A stretch of DNA of 64,000 nucleotides, from positions 321,741-385,740 of the forward strand of contig CAWDUU010000009.1 in the NCBI GenBank assembly GCA_963805545.1, given 5' to 3'. This document shows positions 46,959 through 56,931 of the stretch, piece after piece (the first letter of the stretch is position 1; every line of letters starts with the position of its first letter). This DNA is from an uncultured Actinomycetes bacterium (GTDB lineage: Bacteria; Actinomycetota; Thermoleophilia; Gaiellales; JAICJC01). A program made the position numbers and the translations under genes. The notes beneath the pieces were generated by a model. That model saw nothing but the letters and a program-made list of their open reading frames with translations. It had not been told where the DNA came from and searched no databases.

Positions 46959-47896
46959 CGGACGTCCCGGCCATCGAGTTTTCCGGCGTCTCGCGCTGGT
47001 ACGGCGACACGGTCGCGGTGGCCGACGTCACGTTCGCGGTCGGGCCGGGCGTCACCGGCCTGCTCGGCCACAACGGCGCCGGGAAGTCCACGACGCTCAA
47101 GCTGTGCGCCGGCTTCACCTCGCCGAGCACCGGGGCGGTGCGCATCTTCGGCGTCGAGCCGCGCCAGAACCCGGCGGTGTACGAGCGCATCGGCGTCGTC
47201 CCCGACCAGAGCCCGCCGTGGCCGTTCCTGACGGCGGCCGAGGTGGTCGGGCTGTGCGCGCGCCTGCACCGCGTGGACGATCCCGCTGCGGCCGCAGCGC
47301 GCGCGCTCGAGACGGTCGGCCTCGCCGACGTCGCCGGGCGCAAGGTCGGCGGGTTCTCGCACGGCATGCGCCAGCGGGTGAAGCTGGCCCAGGCGCTCGC
47401 GCACGACCCCGACCTGCTGCTCCTCGACGAGCCGCTGAACGGCCTCGACCCCGCCCAGCGGCGCGAGATCATCGAGGTCCTTCACCGGCTCGGAGACGAG
47501 GGGCGGACGGTGATCGTCTCGTCGCACGTGCTCCACGAGGTCGAGCGGATGGCGCCGCAGGTGCTCGTGCTCGTGAACGGCCACCTCGTCGCCGAGGGAC
47601 AGACGAGCGCGATCCGCCAGCTCATCAGCGAGCGGCCGCGCACGATCCGTGTCGCGGCCGGGGCGGACGGCCGGCCGCTGGCCGGCGCGCTCGTCGACGA
47701 CGGGGTCGTCGACGCGGTCCGGTTCGAGGACGGCATGGTGGAGTTCGAGACGGGCGACGTCGACCGGTTCAGCCGGGCGCTGCCGGCGATCGCCCGGCGC
47801 ACCGACACGCTCATCCGCCGGGTCGAGCCGGTCGGCGACGATCTCGAGAGCGTCTACGCCTATCTGCACGAGCGCGCGCGGGGGGCGGGCCGGTGA
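46955..47896 (+). CDS. ABC transporter ATP-binding protein (ABC-2 subfamily), copy 2
   Basis: The GTG overlaps the upstream TGA. It has 'GHNGAGKSTT', 'FSHGMRQRVKLAQA' and 'LLLDEPLNGLD'. Confidence 0.9.
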   Translation: MTDVPAIEFSGVSRWYGDTVAVADVTFAVGPGVTGLLGHNGAGKSTTLKLCAGFTSPSTGAVRIFGVEPRQNPAVYERIGVVPDQSPPWPFLTAAEVVGLCARLHRVDDPAAAAARALETVGLADVAGRKVGGFSHGMRQRVKLAQALAHDPDLLLLDEPLNGLDPAQRREIIEVLHRLGDEGRTVIVSSHVLHEVERMAPQVLVLVNGHLVAEGQTSAIRQLISERPRTIRVAAGADGRPLAGALVDDGVVDAVRFEDGMVEFETGDVDRFSRALPAIARRTDTLIRRVEPVGDDLESVYAYLHERARGAGR

Positions 47897-48612
47897 TCAT
47901 CGGCCCCATCTACCGGCTGACGCTGCGGGCGCTCCTCCTCCAGCGGCGCACGATCCTGCTCCTGCTGCTCGCGCTCGCGCCGGTGCTGGTGGCGTTCGTG
48001 TACGCGGTCGCCGCCAAGCAGGGCGCCCACCACTTCCGGTTCTACTCGCACATGATGCAGGAGCTGTTCGTGCCCACGATCGCAGCCGTCGTGGCGCTCG
48101 TGATCGGCGTGAGCGCGATCGGCGACGAGCGCGAGGACGGCACGATCTACTACCTCGTCGCCACGCCGCAGTCGCGGATCGGCCTGGTCGCGACGAAGCT
48201 CGCCGCCGCGTGGACGGCGACGCTCGTCCTGCTCATTCCGAGCCTCGTCATCTCGGCGCTCCTCATCCTGAAGGGCGGCGCCGACGCCTCGTCGATCCTG
48301 TGGCCCGCAGCCGGCGTGGCGCTTGCGACGCTGGCGTACTGCGGCGTGGCGGCGTGGCTCTCGCTTCGGACGCGCCGGCCGATCGTGATCGGCGTCCTCT
48401 ACATCCTGCTCTGGGAGGGGTCGATCGCGACGTTCGCCGCGTCGGCGTCGAAGCTCTCGATCGCGGCGTACGGCCGGGCGCTCGTCGCCGAGCGGCTGCC
48501 CGAGGCCGCTGCGCCCGTCGTCGGGCCCGCGCCGGCCGTGGTGATCCTCGCCGCGGTCGCCGCGATCACGTGCTGGCTGGGTGCGCGCGCGCTCGTGCGG
48601 GTCGAGCTCTGA
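47893..48612 (+). CDS. ABC-2-type transporter permease, copy 2
   Basis: This is the tail of ORF 46948..48612. The GTG at 47893 overlaps the upstream TGA. It has about 6 TM segments ('VIIGPIYRLTLRALLLQRRTILLLLLALAPVLVAF…'). Confidence 0.8.
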   Translation: MIIGPIYRLTLRALLLQRRTILLLLLALAPVLVAFVYAVAAKQGAHHFRFYSHMMQELFVPTIAAVVALVIGVSAIGDEREDGTIYYLVATPQSRIGLVATKLAAAWTATLVLLIPSLVISALLILKGGADASSILWPAAGVALATLAYCGVAAWLSLRTRRPIVIGVLYILLWEGSIATFAASASKLSIAAYGRALVAERLPEAAAPVVGPAPAVVILAAVAAITCWLGARALVRVEL

Positions 48613-49763
48613 CCTGCCAGCCCGCGCCGAGGAGCGCCGTCGCCGCGAGCACGAGCGCGACCAGGCTGACGGCGATGGTGAGCGACACGCGCACGTCGAG
48701 GAGGCCGCTCGCCAGGACGGCGCTGCCGACGAGCGCATAGATGCAGCCGATGAACCCGGCAGTCACCTCGCCGCGGTGCTCGGGTGGCGCGATCCGGTTC
48801 AACTCGTCCTGCGCCTTCAGGAACGCCACGCCGTGGCCGGCGCCGACGGCGACGGCACCCAGGAGCAGCACCGCCAGCGAGTGGAGGTCCGACGCGGCAG
48901 CCAGCGCCAGGAGGCCGGCGGCAAGGACGGTGAGGCCGGCCGACTGCGCCGAGCGCGGCTCCCAGGTGCGGCGCTGGGCGACGAGCTGCGCTGCGCATGA
49001 GGCGGCGAGCGCCACCGCGGAGACCGTGCCGAGGAGCGCGAGGTTCCCTGTGTCGAGCAGGTCGGCCGCGTACGACGGGACGATGGAGAGGCAGAGGGCG
49101 ACGCTGGCCCACACGGTCGCGGCGGTCAGGCTCACCCGGGCGAAGTCGCGCCGGATCCCCTCCGGCACGCGCGGGCGCTGGATCCGCCATGGCTCGCGGT
49201 CGGCGCCGGCGGGCTCGGGCAGTGTCAGCATCAGAAGGCCGCCGGCGACGTTCACCGCGAGCAGCACGAGGTAGGAGAGCCGGATCGGATCGGGCGCCCA
49301 CTCGGCCAGCGGGCCGCAGACGAGCGGCCCGAGCGCGCTCCCGGCCGCCTGCGCGAGGCCGGCGAGCAGGGCGGGGCGGGCCGTGCCGGTTCTCGGATCG
49401 AGCTCGACCAGCGCGGCGGTCGCGGCCCCGCTCACGACTCCGACGGCGAGCCCCTGCAACGCGCGGGCGACGAAGAGCCAGGCCGTGCCCTGCGCCGCGG
49501 CGAACACCAGGAGGCCGATGGCGCCCGCGGCCATCCCGGCGACGATCATCGGCCGCCGCCCGAACCGGTCGGATACTCGCCCGAAGATGAGGAGCGTCGG
49601 CACGAGCACGACGGCGTAGGTCGTGAAGATCGCCGTCAGGACGAGGCTGGAGAACCCGAAACTGGTCGGCGTAGACCGCATAGAGCGGCGCGGCCACGTT
49701 CGCTCCCGCCATCAGGGCGAGCCAGGCGCCCCAGACGGTGAGGAGCGGGCGCAGGTCTGACAT
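48566..49763 (-). pseudogene. MFS transporter with a +1 frame break at about 49655-49662
   Basis: The first 35 aa are in frame 49763 ('MSDLRPLLTVWGAWLALMAGANVAAPLYAVYADQF'). The rest is in frame 49681 ('GFSSLVLTAIFTTYAVVLVPTLLIFGRVSDRFGRRPMIV…'), which contains the MFS motif 'GRVSDRFGRR'. The break lies in a TTT/GGG stretch. Confidence 0.8.
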
Positions 49764-49894
49764 CAGTGGGCGCTACCACGCCGCGGCCGGGCGCAAACAC
49801 CTGCGGTGGTTGGGCGCTCGTCGGGCCGGGGCTCCGCCAGATGGCGGTCGGGTGAAACGACATTCGGTGTGTTCTGTGACCGGCGCGTGACCTA

Positions 49895-52885
49895 ATGTTG
49901 CGGGCCGTGCAGCGCCACCCCCGGTATACCCGCGACCGCATCGCCCAGGTCGGCGAGCGCATCCGCGCCCTCATCCATGCGGACGCGCGCGATCCCGACT
50001 CGCTCCGCGTCGCGGGGCCGGTCGACCGCATCTCGCACGACGAGGCCGAGCGGCTCGACTATCGCGACGCCGAGCTCGGCGAGCGGTTCGGGCCGCTGTG
50101 GGCCACGTACTGGTTTCGGGTCGAGGCCACCGTCCCGGAGGAGTGGGCCGGCGGGCGGGTCGACCTGCTCTGGGTGAGCCACAGCGAGGCGACCCTCTGG
50201 ATCGGCGGGCGCCCCGTCCAGGGCCTGAACTCGAGCCCGGAGGGCGCCCGGGTCGACGCGCCTGTGCTTGACCCGGCGGCCGGCGGCGAGCGGCTCGACC
50301 TGCGCGTCGAGCTGGCGTGCAACGGCAAGTTCGGCGAGCTGCCGCGGGTCTATGCCTCGCTCGAGCCGGTCGTGCTCGACCGCTGTGCGATCGCCCGGTT
50401 CGACGGCCGGGCATGGGATCTGCACCACGACTTCGACGTCCTGCGCCGCCTCGAGGCCGACGCGGGAAACGGTCTCGACCCGTCGTGGGCCGGCGAGCTC
50501 CTCTCCGAGCTCAACCGCTTCTGCAACGTGTGGGTCGAGGACGACCGCTCGACGTGGGACGAGGGCGAGGCGATCCTGAAGGCGCTCCTCGACAACCGAA
50601 ACGGGTCGCACGTCCACGAGATCGCGGCGATCGGCCACGCCCACATCGACACTGCCTGGCTCTGGCCGCTTGCAGAGACGCAGCGCAAGATGGTGCGGAC
50701 GTTCAGCTCGCAGACCGCGTACATGGACCGCTACCCGGAGTTCCGGTTCGCGTGCTCGCAGGCCCAGCAGTACGACTGGATCCGGACGCGCGTGCCCGAG
50801 CTCTACGAGCGCATCCGCCGCCATGCTGGAGGCGGGCCGGTGGGTGCCGGTCGGCGGCACGTGGGTCGAGCCGGACTGCAACCTGCCGTCGGGCGAGTCG
50901 CTCGTACGCCAGTTCCTCCACGGGCAGCGCTTCTTCGAGCGCGAATTCGGCCGCCGCTGCCTCGAGTTCTGGAACCCGGACGTCTTCGGCTACAACGGCC
51001 AGCTCCCGCAGATCATGCGCGGCGCCGGCATCGGCCGCTTCCTCACCCAGAAGCTGTCCTGGAACCGGTTCAACCCGCCGCCGCACCACACGTTCACGTG
51101 GCAGGGGATCGACGGCTCCGAGGTGCTCGCCCACTTCCCGCCCGCCGACACCTACAACGCCACCGCCGACGTCGAGGAGCTGCGCCGGAGCGCGCGCGAC
51201 TACAAGGATCACGACCGCTCGGGTCAAAGCCTGCTCGTCTTCGGCTACGGCGACGGCGGCGGCGGGCCGACGCCCGAGATGCTGGAGACGCTGCGGCGGG
51301 TGCGCGACCTCCAGGGCGTGCCGCGCACGGCGATGGCGACCTCGGACGAGTTCTTCGACGCGCTGGAGGCGGACGCCAAGGATCTCCCGACCGTCGTCGG
51401 CGAGCTCTACTTCGAGTACCACCGGGGGACGTACACGACCCAGGCGGCGGTGAAGCGCGGGAACCGGGAGGGCGAGCGGGCGCTCCACGACGCCGATCTT
51501 CTGGCGGCGCTCGCCGTCGCGGATCGCCGGCGCCGAGCATCCCGGCGCGAGGCTTGCCGAGCTGTGGCGGCTCCTGCTCCTGAACCAGTTCCACGACATC
51601 CTCCCGGGATCGAGCATCGCGCTGGTCTATGAGGATGCCGCGCGAGACCACGCGGCGATCGGGGCCGGTGCCGACGCCGATCGCCGACGATGCGCTGGCG
51701 GCGCTCGTCGGCGCGGAGGAGGGCCGAACGCCGTTCAACACGATCGGGTTCGCGCGCGCGGAGGTGGCCGCCGGCCCCGACGGCGGCCTGGCGTGGGTCG
51801 AGGCGCCGGCCTACGGGTTCGGCGCAGTCCGGGAAGCGCCGGGCGCGGTCACGGCGACCGAGACGACCGACGGCGTCGTGCTCGAGAACGGCATCCTGCG
51901 GGCCGAGCTCGGCCGCGACGGCAGGCTTCGCTCGCTCGTCGAGCTCGACACGGGACGCGAGGCGCTGGCGGGGCCCGGAAACATGCTCCAGCTCTACGAG
52001 GATCGCCCGACGCAGTTCGATGCCTGGGACGTCGACCCGTTCCACCTCGAGACGGTGGCGGACTGCCCGCCGGCCGAGTCATGCAAGGTGCTGGCCAGCG
52101 GGCCGCTTCGGGCCGAGGTGGCGTTCGAGCACCGCGTCGGCCGGGCCAGCTCGATGCGCCAGGTCGTGCGGCTCGACGCCGGCTCGCGCAGGGTCGAGTT
52201 CCACTGCGAGGCCGACTGGCACGAGTCCCACGCCATGCTGAAGGTGCTCTTCCCGGCCGACGTCCGCAGCTCGAGCGCGACCTATCAGATGCAGTTCGGG
52301 CACACCGAGCGGCCGACGCACTTCTCGACGAGCCACGACCTGGCCCGGTTCGAGGTGCCCGGCCATCGCTTCGCCGACCTCTCCGAGCACGGGTTCGGGG
52401 TCGCGCTCCTCACCGACTGCAAGTACGGCTACTCGACCTACGGGAACGAGATGCGGATCAGCCTCCTGCGCGCGCCCAAGGTGCCGGACCCGGAGGCTGA
52501 CATGGGCCGGCACCAGTTCGCCTACGCCGTCATGCCGCACGCCGGCGGCTGGCGCGACGCGGGCGTGGTGGGGGAGGCGGCCAGGTTCGAGACGCCGCTT
52601 CGCTGGGCGCCGGGCGCGGCTGAGCCCGGATCGCTCTTCTCGGTCGACGATCCGAACCTGGTGCTCGACACGGTGAAGCGCGCCGAGGACTCAGACGCGC
52701 TCGTCCTTCGCCTCTACGAGGCCCACGGCGCGCGCGGCACGGCCCGGCTCCGGGTCGGTGTGCCGTTCACCGGGGCCGTCTCGTGCAACCTGCTGGAGGA
52801 TCCGGGCGAGCCGCTCGAGACGGACGGCGACGAGATCGTCGTCGCGTACCGACCGCACGAGATCGTGAGCCTGCTGGTGAGATGA
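49895..52885 (+). pseudogene. GH38 alpha-mannosidase interrupted by three +1 frame breaks
   Basis: There are four segments. Frame 49895 runs to '…PELYERIR'. Frame 50670 carries 'AAMLEAGRWVPVGGTWVEPDCNLPSGESLVRQ…YFEYHRGTYTTQ…'. A third frame carries 'IAGAEHPGARLAELWRLLLLNQFHDILPGSSIALVYEDAARDH'. Frame 51629 carries '…IADDALAALVG… to stop 52885'. GH38 hallmarks are 'IGHAHIDTAWLWP' and 'NQFHDILPGSSI'. The breaks are at about 50813-50820, 51519-51525 and 51676-51682. Confidence 0.88.
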
Positions 52886-53240
52886 CAGAGCCGATCCAGA
52901 TCATTGCTGATATCCCGACGCGGTCTCCCGGCCTCGGCTTCGAGGAATACGTCGAGGCTCTAACAGACGCGATTCGAGGCGGTGACCCTCCGCAATTCAC
53001 CATCGGGCTGTACGGCCCGTGGGGGTCGGGCAAGTCATCGCTCCTGTCCGCGATTCACGCAAGGCTCGAGAAATATCATCCCGAGGTCGTCCCTGTGGTG
53101 TTCGAGGCATGGCGCTACGATCAGTCGCAACATCTCGTCGTGCCTCTGCTCCATAGGATCGCCGCGGGCGTCGCCGCGGCCGGCCCTCCGCAGCTCGCCG
53201 ATGCAATGCGAAAGGCCCTCGCCTCTGTCGTCTTCAGCGT
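52882..53240 (+). pseudogene. KAP-family P-loop NTPase, N-terminal fragment only (about 120 aa), truncated by the IS630 remnant
   Basis: The ATG at 52882 overlaps the GH38 TGA (ATGA). It has 'LGFEEYVEALTDAI…FTIGLYGPWGSGKSSLL' (Walker A) and 'VVFEAWRYDQSQHLVVPLL' (KAP 'F.AW.YD' motif). The reading then runs into transposase-derived sequence. The DNA is visibly less GC-rich than its surroundings. Confidence 0.65.
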
Positions 53241-54065
53241 CAATGGCGCGACGGTTCGCCGCCCACGGCCTAGCCGGCCTCGCCGCTCGGCCTCGCAGCG
53301 GCCGGCCGAAGACAATCGATGACGCCCACATCATCGCCGCTACGCTCCAGCCGCCGCCGTGTCGTGGCGGTCACACACTGGTCGTCTGGCTGTTAGCCAA
53401 GCATCTGGCATCGGCGACGCGACCGTGGCCAGGGCGTGGCGCGCCTACGGAATGCAGCCGTGGCGCAGGGCACGTTCAAGTTCTCCACCGACCCCCAGCT
53501 GGAGGCCAAGGTCCACGACCTGGTCGGTCTCTACCTGGACCCGCCCGCAGAACGCGTCGTGCTGTGCGTCGACGAGAAGTCTCAGATCCAAGCGCTCGAC
53601 CGCACCCAGCCGATCCTGCCCGCCGGCTAGGCCTGCCCGAGCGGCCACCCCGACTACAAGCGCAACGGCACCACGACGCTTTAGCCGCTCTGGAGCTCGC
53701 GACCGGCACGGTCACGACCGCTGCTACGACCGCCACGGCAAGGCCGAGTTCTTGGACTTCCTGAAGCGCGTCGCCAAGGCCTACCCGCGCCGTGACCTGC
53801 ACGTCGTGCTCGACAACTACCACACCCACAAGCACGACGACATCAACCAGTGGCTGGCCAAGCACCCGCGGATCACGCTGCACTTCACGCCGACCTCGGG
53901 CTCCTGGATGAACCTCGTCGAGGTGTTCTTCGGGATCATCACCCGCCAAGCATCCGCCGTGGCTCCTTCGACAGCGTCAAAGCAGCTCGTCGTCGCGATC
54001 AGCGCTTCATCGACGCCTACAACGTACCGCTGCAGACCCTTCTCTGACAAGACCGCGAAAATTGA
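53240..54065 (+). mobile_element. IS630-family (Tc1/mariner-like) transposase remnant, 5'-truncated and heavily frame-scrambled
   Basis: Recognisable pieces are scattered over all three + frames. They are 'RRFAAHGLAGLAARPRSGRPKTIDD', '[20 protein letters not shown]', '[51 protein letters not shown]', 'DYKRNGTTTL', 'AALELATGTV', 'DRCYDRHGKAEFLDFLKRV…VVLDNYHTHKHDDINQWLAKHPRITLHFTPTSGSWMNLVEVFFGIITRQA' and 'IRRGSFDSV…RFIDAYN'. There are in-frame stops at about 53628 and about 53681. I did not identify terminal inverted repeats. Confidence 0.8.
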
Positions 54066-54079
54066 CAACGTAAAACCGG

Positions 54080-55168
54080 CTAGCGGATCGCCTCGCCCGT
54101 CTCCGGGTCGAAGAAGTAGAGCCGGTCGCGGTTGACCGCCAGGCGGGCCATGTCGCCCTCGGCGATGCCCGCGCCGCGCTCGAGGCGGGCCGTGATCTCG
54201 GCTCCGCCGTCGCCGCCGTCCAGGTAGGCCATGAGCTCCGAGCCGAGCGACTCCATCCGGTTCGCCCTGAGCTCGACCGTGCCGTCGCCGGCCGCGCGGA
54301 AGTCCTCCGGCCGGACGCCGACCACCAGCTCACGGCCGGTGTACCCGGCGAGGCCGGGCCGGGCCGCCAGGGCGCCGTCGGGCAGCTCGATCCGCGTTCG
54401 CCCGAAGATGACGCCGGTGCCGTCCATGCGGGCCGTGATCAGGTTCATCGACGGCGAGCCGATGAAGCCGGCCACGAAGACGTTCACGGGGTTGTCGTAG
54501 ATCTGGTCGGGCGTGCCCAGCTGCTGGAGCACGCCGTCTCGCAGGATGGCGACACGGTCGCCCATCGTCATCGCCTCGGTCTGGTCGTGGGTGACGTAGA
54601 GCGTCGGCGCGGCGATCCGGCGCTGGACGCGGATGATCTCGCCGCGCATCTCGACCCGCAGCTTGGCGTCGAGGTTCGAGAGCGGCTCGTCCATCAGGAA
54701 CGCCGCCGGCTCGCGCACGATCGCCCGCCCCATCGCCACCCGCTGGCGCTGGCCGCCGGAGAGCTGGCGCGGCTTTCGGTCGAGGTAGTCGGAGAGCCCC
54801 AGCATCTCGGCCGCCTCGTCGACCCGCCGCTGGATCTCGGCCTTCGGCATCCGCGCCATCTTGAGCCCGAACCCCATGTTGCCGCGCACCGTCATGTGCG
54901 CGTAGAGGGCGTAGTTCTGGAACACCATCGCAATGTCGCGGTCCCGCGGCGGGAGCTTCGTCACGACCTTGTCGTTGATCCTGATCCGGCCCGCGGTCAC
55001 CGGCTCGAGGCCGGCCACCATGCGAAGCGCCGTCGTCTTGCCGCAGCCCGACGGGCCGACGAGGACCAGGAACTCGCCGGGCTCCACCTCGAGGCTCAGG
55101 TCGTCCACCGCGACGACCCCGCCCGGGAAGTGCTTCGTCACGCCCTCCAGGCTGATCGTGCCGCTCAC
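54080..55168 (-). CDS. Sugar ABC transporter ATP-binding protein (MalK/UgpC/MsmX type)
   Basis: This is the C-terminal 362 aa of ORF 54080..55777(-). It has 'GPSGCGKTTALRMVAGLE', 'MVFQNYALYAHMTV', '[16 protein letters not shown]' and 'FLMDEPLSNLDAKLR', plus a C-terminal TOBE-like regulatory domain. The GTG start overlaps the permease TGA. Confidence 0.92.
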   Translation of the reverse strand: MSGTISLEGVTKHFPGGVVAVDDLSLEVEPGEFLVLVGPSGCGKTTALRMVAGLEPVTAGRIRINDKVVTKLPPRDRDIAMVFQNYALYAHMTVRGNMGFGLKMARMPKAEIQRRVDEAAEMLGLSDYLDRKPRQLSGGQRQRVAMGRAIVREPAAFLMDEPLSNLDAKLRVEMRGEIIRVQRRIAAPTLYVTHDQTEAMTMGDRVAILRDGVLQQLGTPDQIYDNPVNVFVAGFIGSPSMNLITARMDGTGVIFGRTRIELPDGALAARPGLAGYTGRELVVGVRPEDFRAAGDGTVELRANRMESLGSELMAYLDGGDGGAEITARLERGAGIAEGDMARLAVNRDRLYFFDPETGEAIR

Positions 55169-56025
55169 GACGACCCCGCCAGCATGCCCGCGATCCGCTT
55201 GTTCAAGAGGAGCGCCACGACCGCCGGCGGGATCAGCGCCAGCACGCCCGCCGCGGCCAGGATCGGATAGTTGGTCGTGTACTTGCCGACGTACTCGGTG
55301 ATCTGCACGGTGACCGGCTTCGCGTTCATGGTCGAGGTGAGAAGGAGCGGGATCAGGAACTCGCCCCACACCGACAGCACCAGGATGGCCGCCACGGCCG
55401 CGATGCCCGAGCTCATCTGCGGGATGACGACGCGCACGAACGCCTGCCAGCGCCGGCAGCCGTCGATCAGCGCCGCCTCCTCGGGCTCGGGCGGCATCTC
55501 CTTCACCTGCGCGTAGAGCAGCCAGGTCGCAAGCGGCGTGAGGGTCGAGACGAAGACGATGACCAGCCCGCGCTTCGTGTCGATCAGGTGCGCGTCGGCG
55601 AGCACCTGGAAGAGCGAGATGACGATGACGAAGATCGGCACGACCATCGTGCCGACGAGCAGCGCCAGCACCGCGCCGCCGAACCGGAACCGCAGCCGTC
55701 CGAAGGCGTAGGCCGCCATCGTCGAGACGACCAGCGTGACCGCGGTCGTGATCAGCGCGAGCTGGGTCGAGTTCCACATCGAGCGGGTGAAGGTGCCGGC
55801 CTCGGTGACGGTGCCGCCGATCGCCCGGCTGTGCGATCCCTGAAGGAGCTCGCGGTAGGCGGTCGTCGTCGCGTCGTGGGGGAGCCAGTGCGACGGGACC
55901 GACGCCACGTCGCGCTGCGTCGAGATGCTCGTGAGCACGCCGAGCACGATCGGCGCGACCGACCAGGCGACGATGGCGAGGATGGCGACCGTCTTCAGGA
56001 TCCGGCCGCCGAGCGTCGACGTCAT
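55165..56025 (-). CDS. Carbohydrate ABC transporter permease (MalG/UgpE-like)
   Basis: 286 aa from Met 56025. The ATG overlaps the upstream permease TGA. The EAA loop is 'EEAALIDGCRRWQAFVRVVIPQMSSG'. Confidence 0.9.
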   Translation of the reverse strand: MTSTLGGRILKTVAILAIVAWSVAPIVLGVLTSISTQRDVASVPSHWLPHDATTTAYRELLQGSHSRAIGGTVTEAGTFTRSMWNSTQLALITTAVTLVVSTMAAYAFGRLRFRFGGAVLALLVGTMVVPIFVIVISLFQVLADAHLIDTKRGLVIVFVSTLTPLATWLLYAQVKEMPPEPEEAALIDGCRRWQAFVRVVIPQMSSGIAAVAAILVLSVWGEFLIPLLLTSTMNAKPVTVQITEYVGKYTTNYPILAAAGVLALIPPAVVALLLNKRIAGMLAGSS

Positions 56026-56927
56026 ACGGTCACCCTCCGCAGGAGCAGCGCGTAACCGCCGCCGAGCACGGCCGTCAGCGCCGCGAGCAGGAACGCCAGC
56101 GCCGTCCCGTGTGCGAAGTCGGCCGTGACGAAGGTCGTGTTGTAGACCTGGATCAGGATCGAGCGGGTGTTGAGCGCCGTGCCGTTCAGGACGTAGATCT
56201 CGTCGAAGATCGAGATCGCGAGCAGCGTCCCCACGGTGAGCGCGATGGCGATCGACGGCCGCAGCAGCGGCAGCGTGACATGCCGGAACTGCCGCCACGG
56301 CCCGGCACCGTCGACGGCGGAGGCGCTGTAGACCTCGTCGGGGATGCTCTGGAGCCCGGCCAGGAAGATCAGGCTCACGAGCGGCAGGACGCCCCACACG
56401 TGCACGAGGGTGATGTAGACGATCGCGCCCCGCCCGCTCGCGAGCCACACGTGCGGTTCGCTGATGACGTGGAGGTTGAGCAGCACGCTGTTCAGAAGCC
56501 CGTTGTCGGGGTCGAAGACGCGCCGCCAGAGAACGCCCGAGACGACCGACGGCAGCGCCCACGGAAGGATCAGGATCGCGAGCACCACGCCGCGGCCGCG
56601 GAAGACGCGATGCAGCGTGACCGCCACGAAGATGCCGAGCACCAGCTCGAGCGACACGGCCAGAAGGACGTACTCGACCGTGTGGCGCATGGCGTCGCGG
56701 GAGGTCTGGTCGTTCAGGACGTCGCGGTAGTTGCGCGTGCCCACGTAGCCGGGCAGCTCGCCGAACAGGAACCCGCCCGAGCGGATGCTCTGGCGGAACC
56801 CCTGGGTGAGCGGGTAGAGGACGAGTGCCGCCACGAGCAGCATGGCGGGCGCCACCAGGATCCAGCCGAGGATCTGGGTCTCGCGGGCGGCCCGGTCGCC
56901 GCCCTCGCCCCTGCGGCGCAGACGCAA
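56022..56927 (-). CDS. Carbohydrate ABC transporter permease (MalF/UgpA-like)
   Basis: 301-aa ORF with the EAA loop 'YSASAVDGAGPWRQFRHVTLPLLRPS' and about 6 TM segments. Confidence 0.9.
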   Translation of the reverse strand: MRLRRRGEGGDRAARETQILGWILVAPAMLLVAALVLYPLTQGFRQSIRSGGFLFGELPGYVGTRNYRDVLNDQTSRDAMRHTVEYVLLAVSLELVLGIFVAVTLHRVFRGRGVVLAILILPWALPSVVSGVLWRRVFDPDNGLLNSVLLNLHVISEPHVWLASGRGAIVYITLVHVWGVLPLVSLIFLAGLQSIPDEVYSASAVDGAGPWRQFRHVTLPLLRPSIAIALTVGTLLAISIFDEIYVLNGTALNTRSILIQVYNTTFVTADFAHGTALAFLLAALTAVLGGGYALLLRRVTV

Positions 56928-56931
56928 CGCC

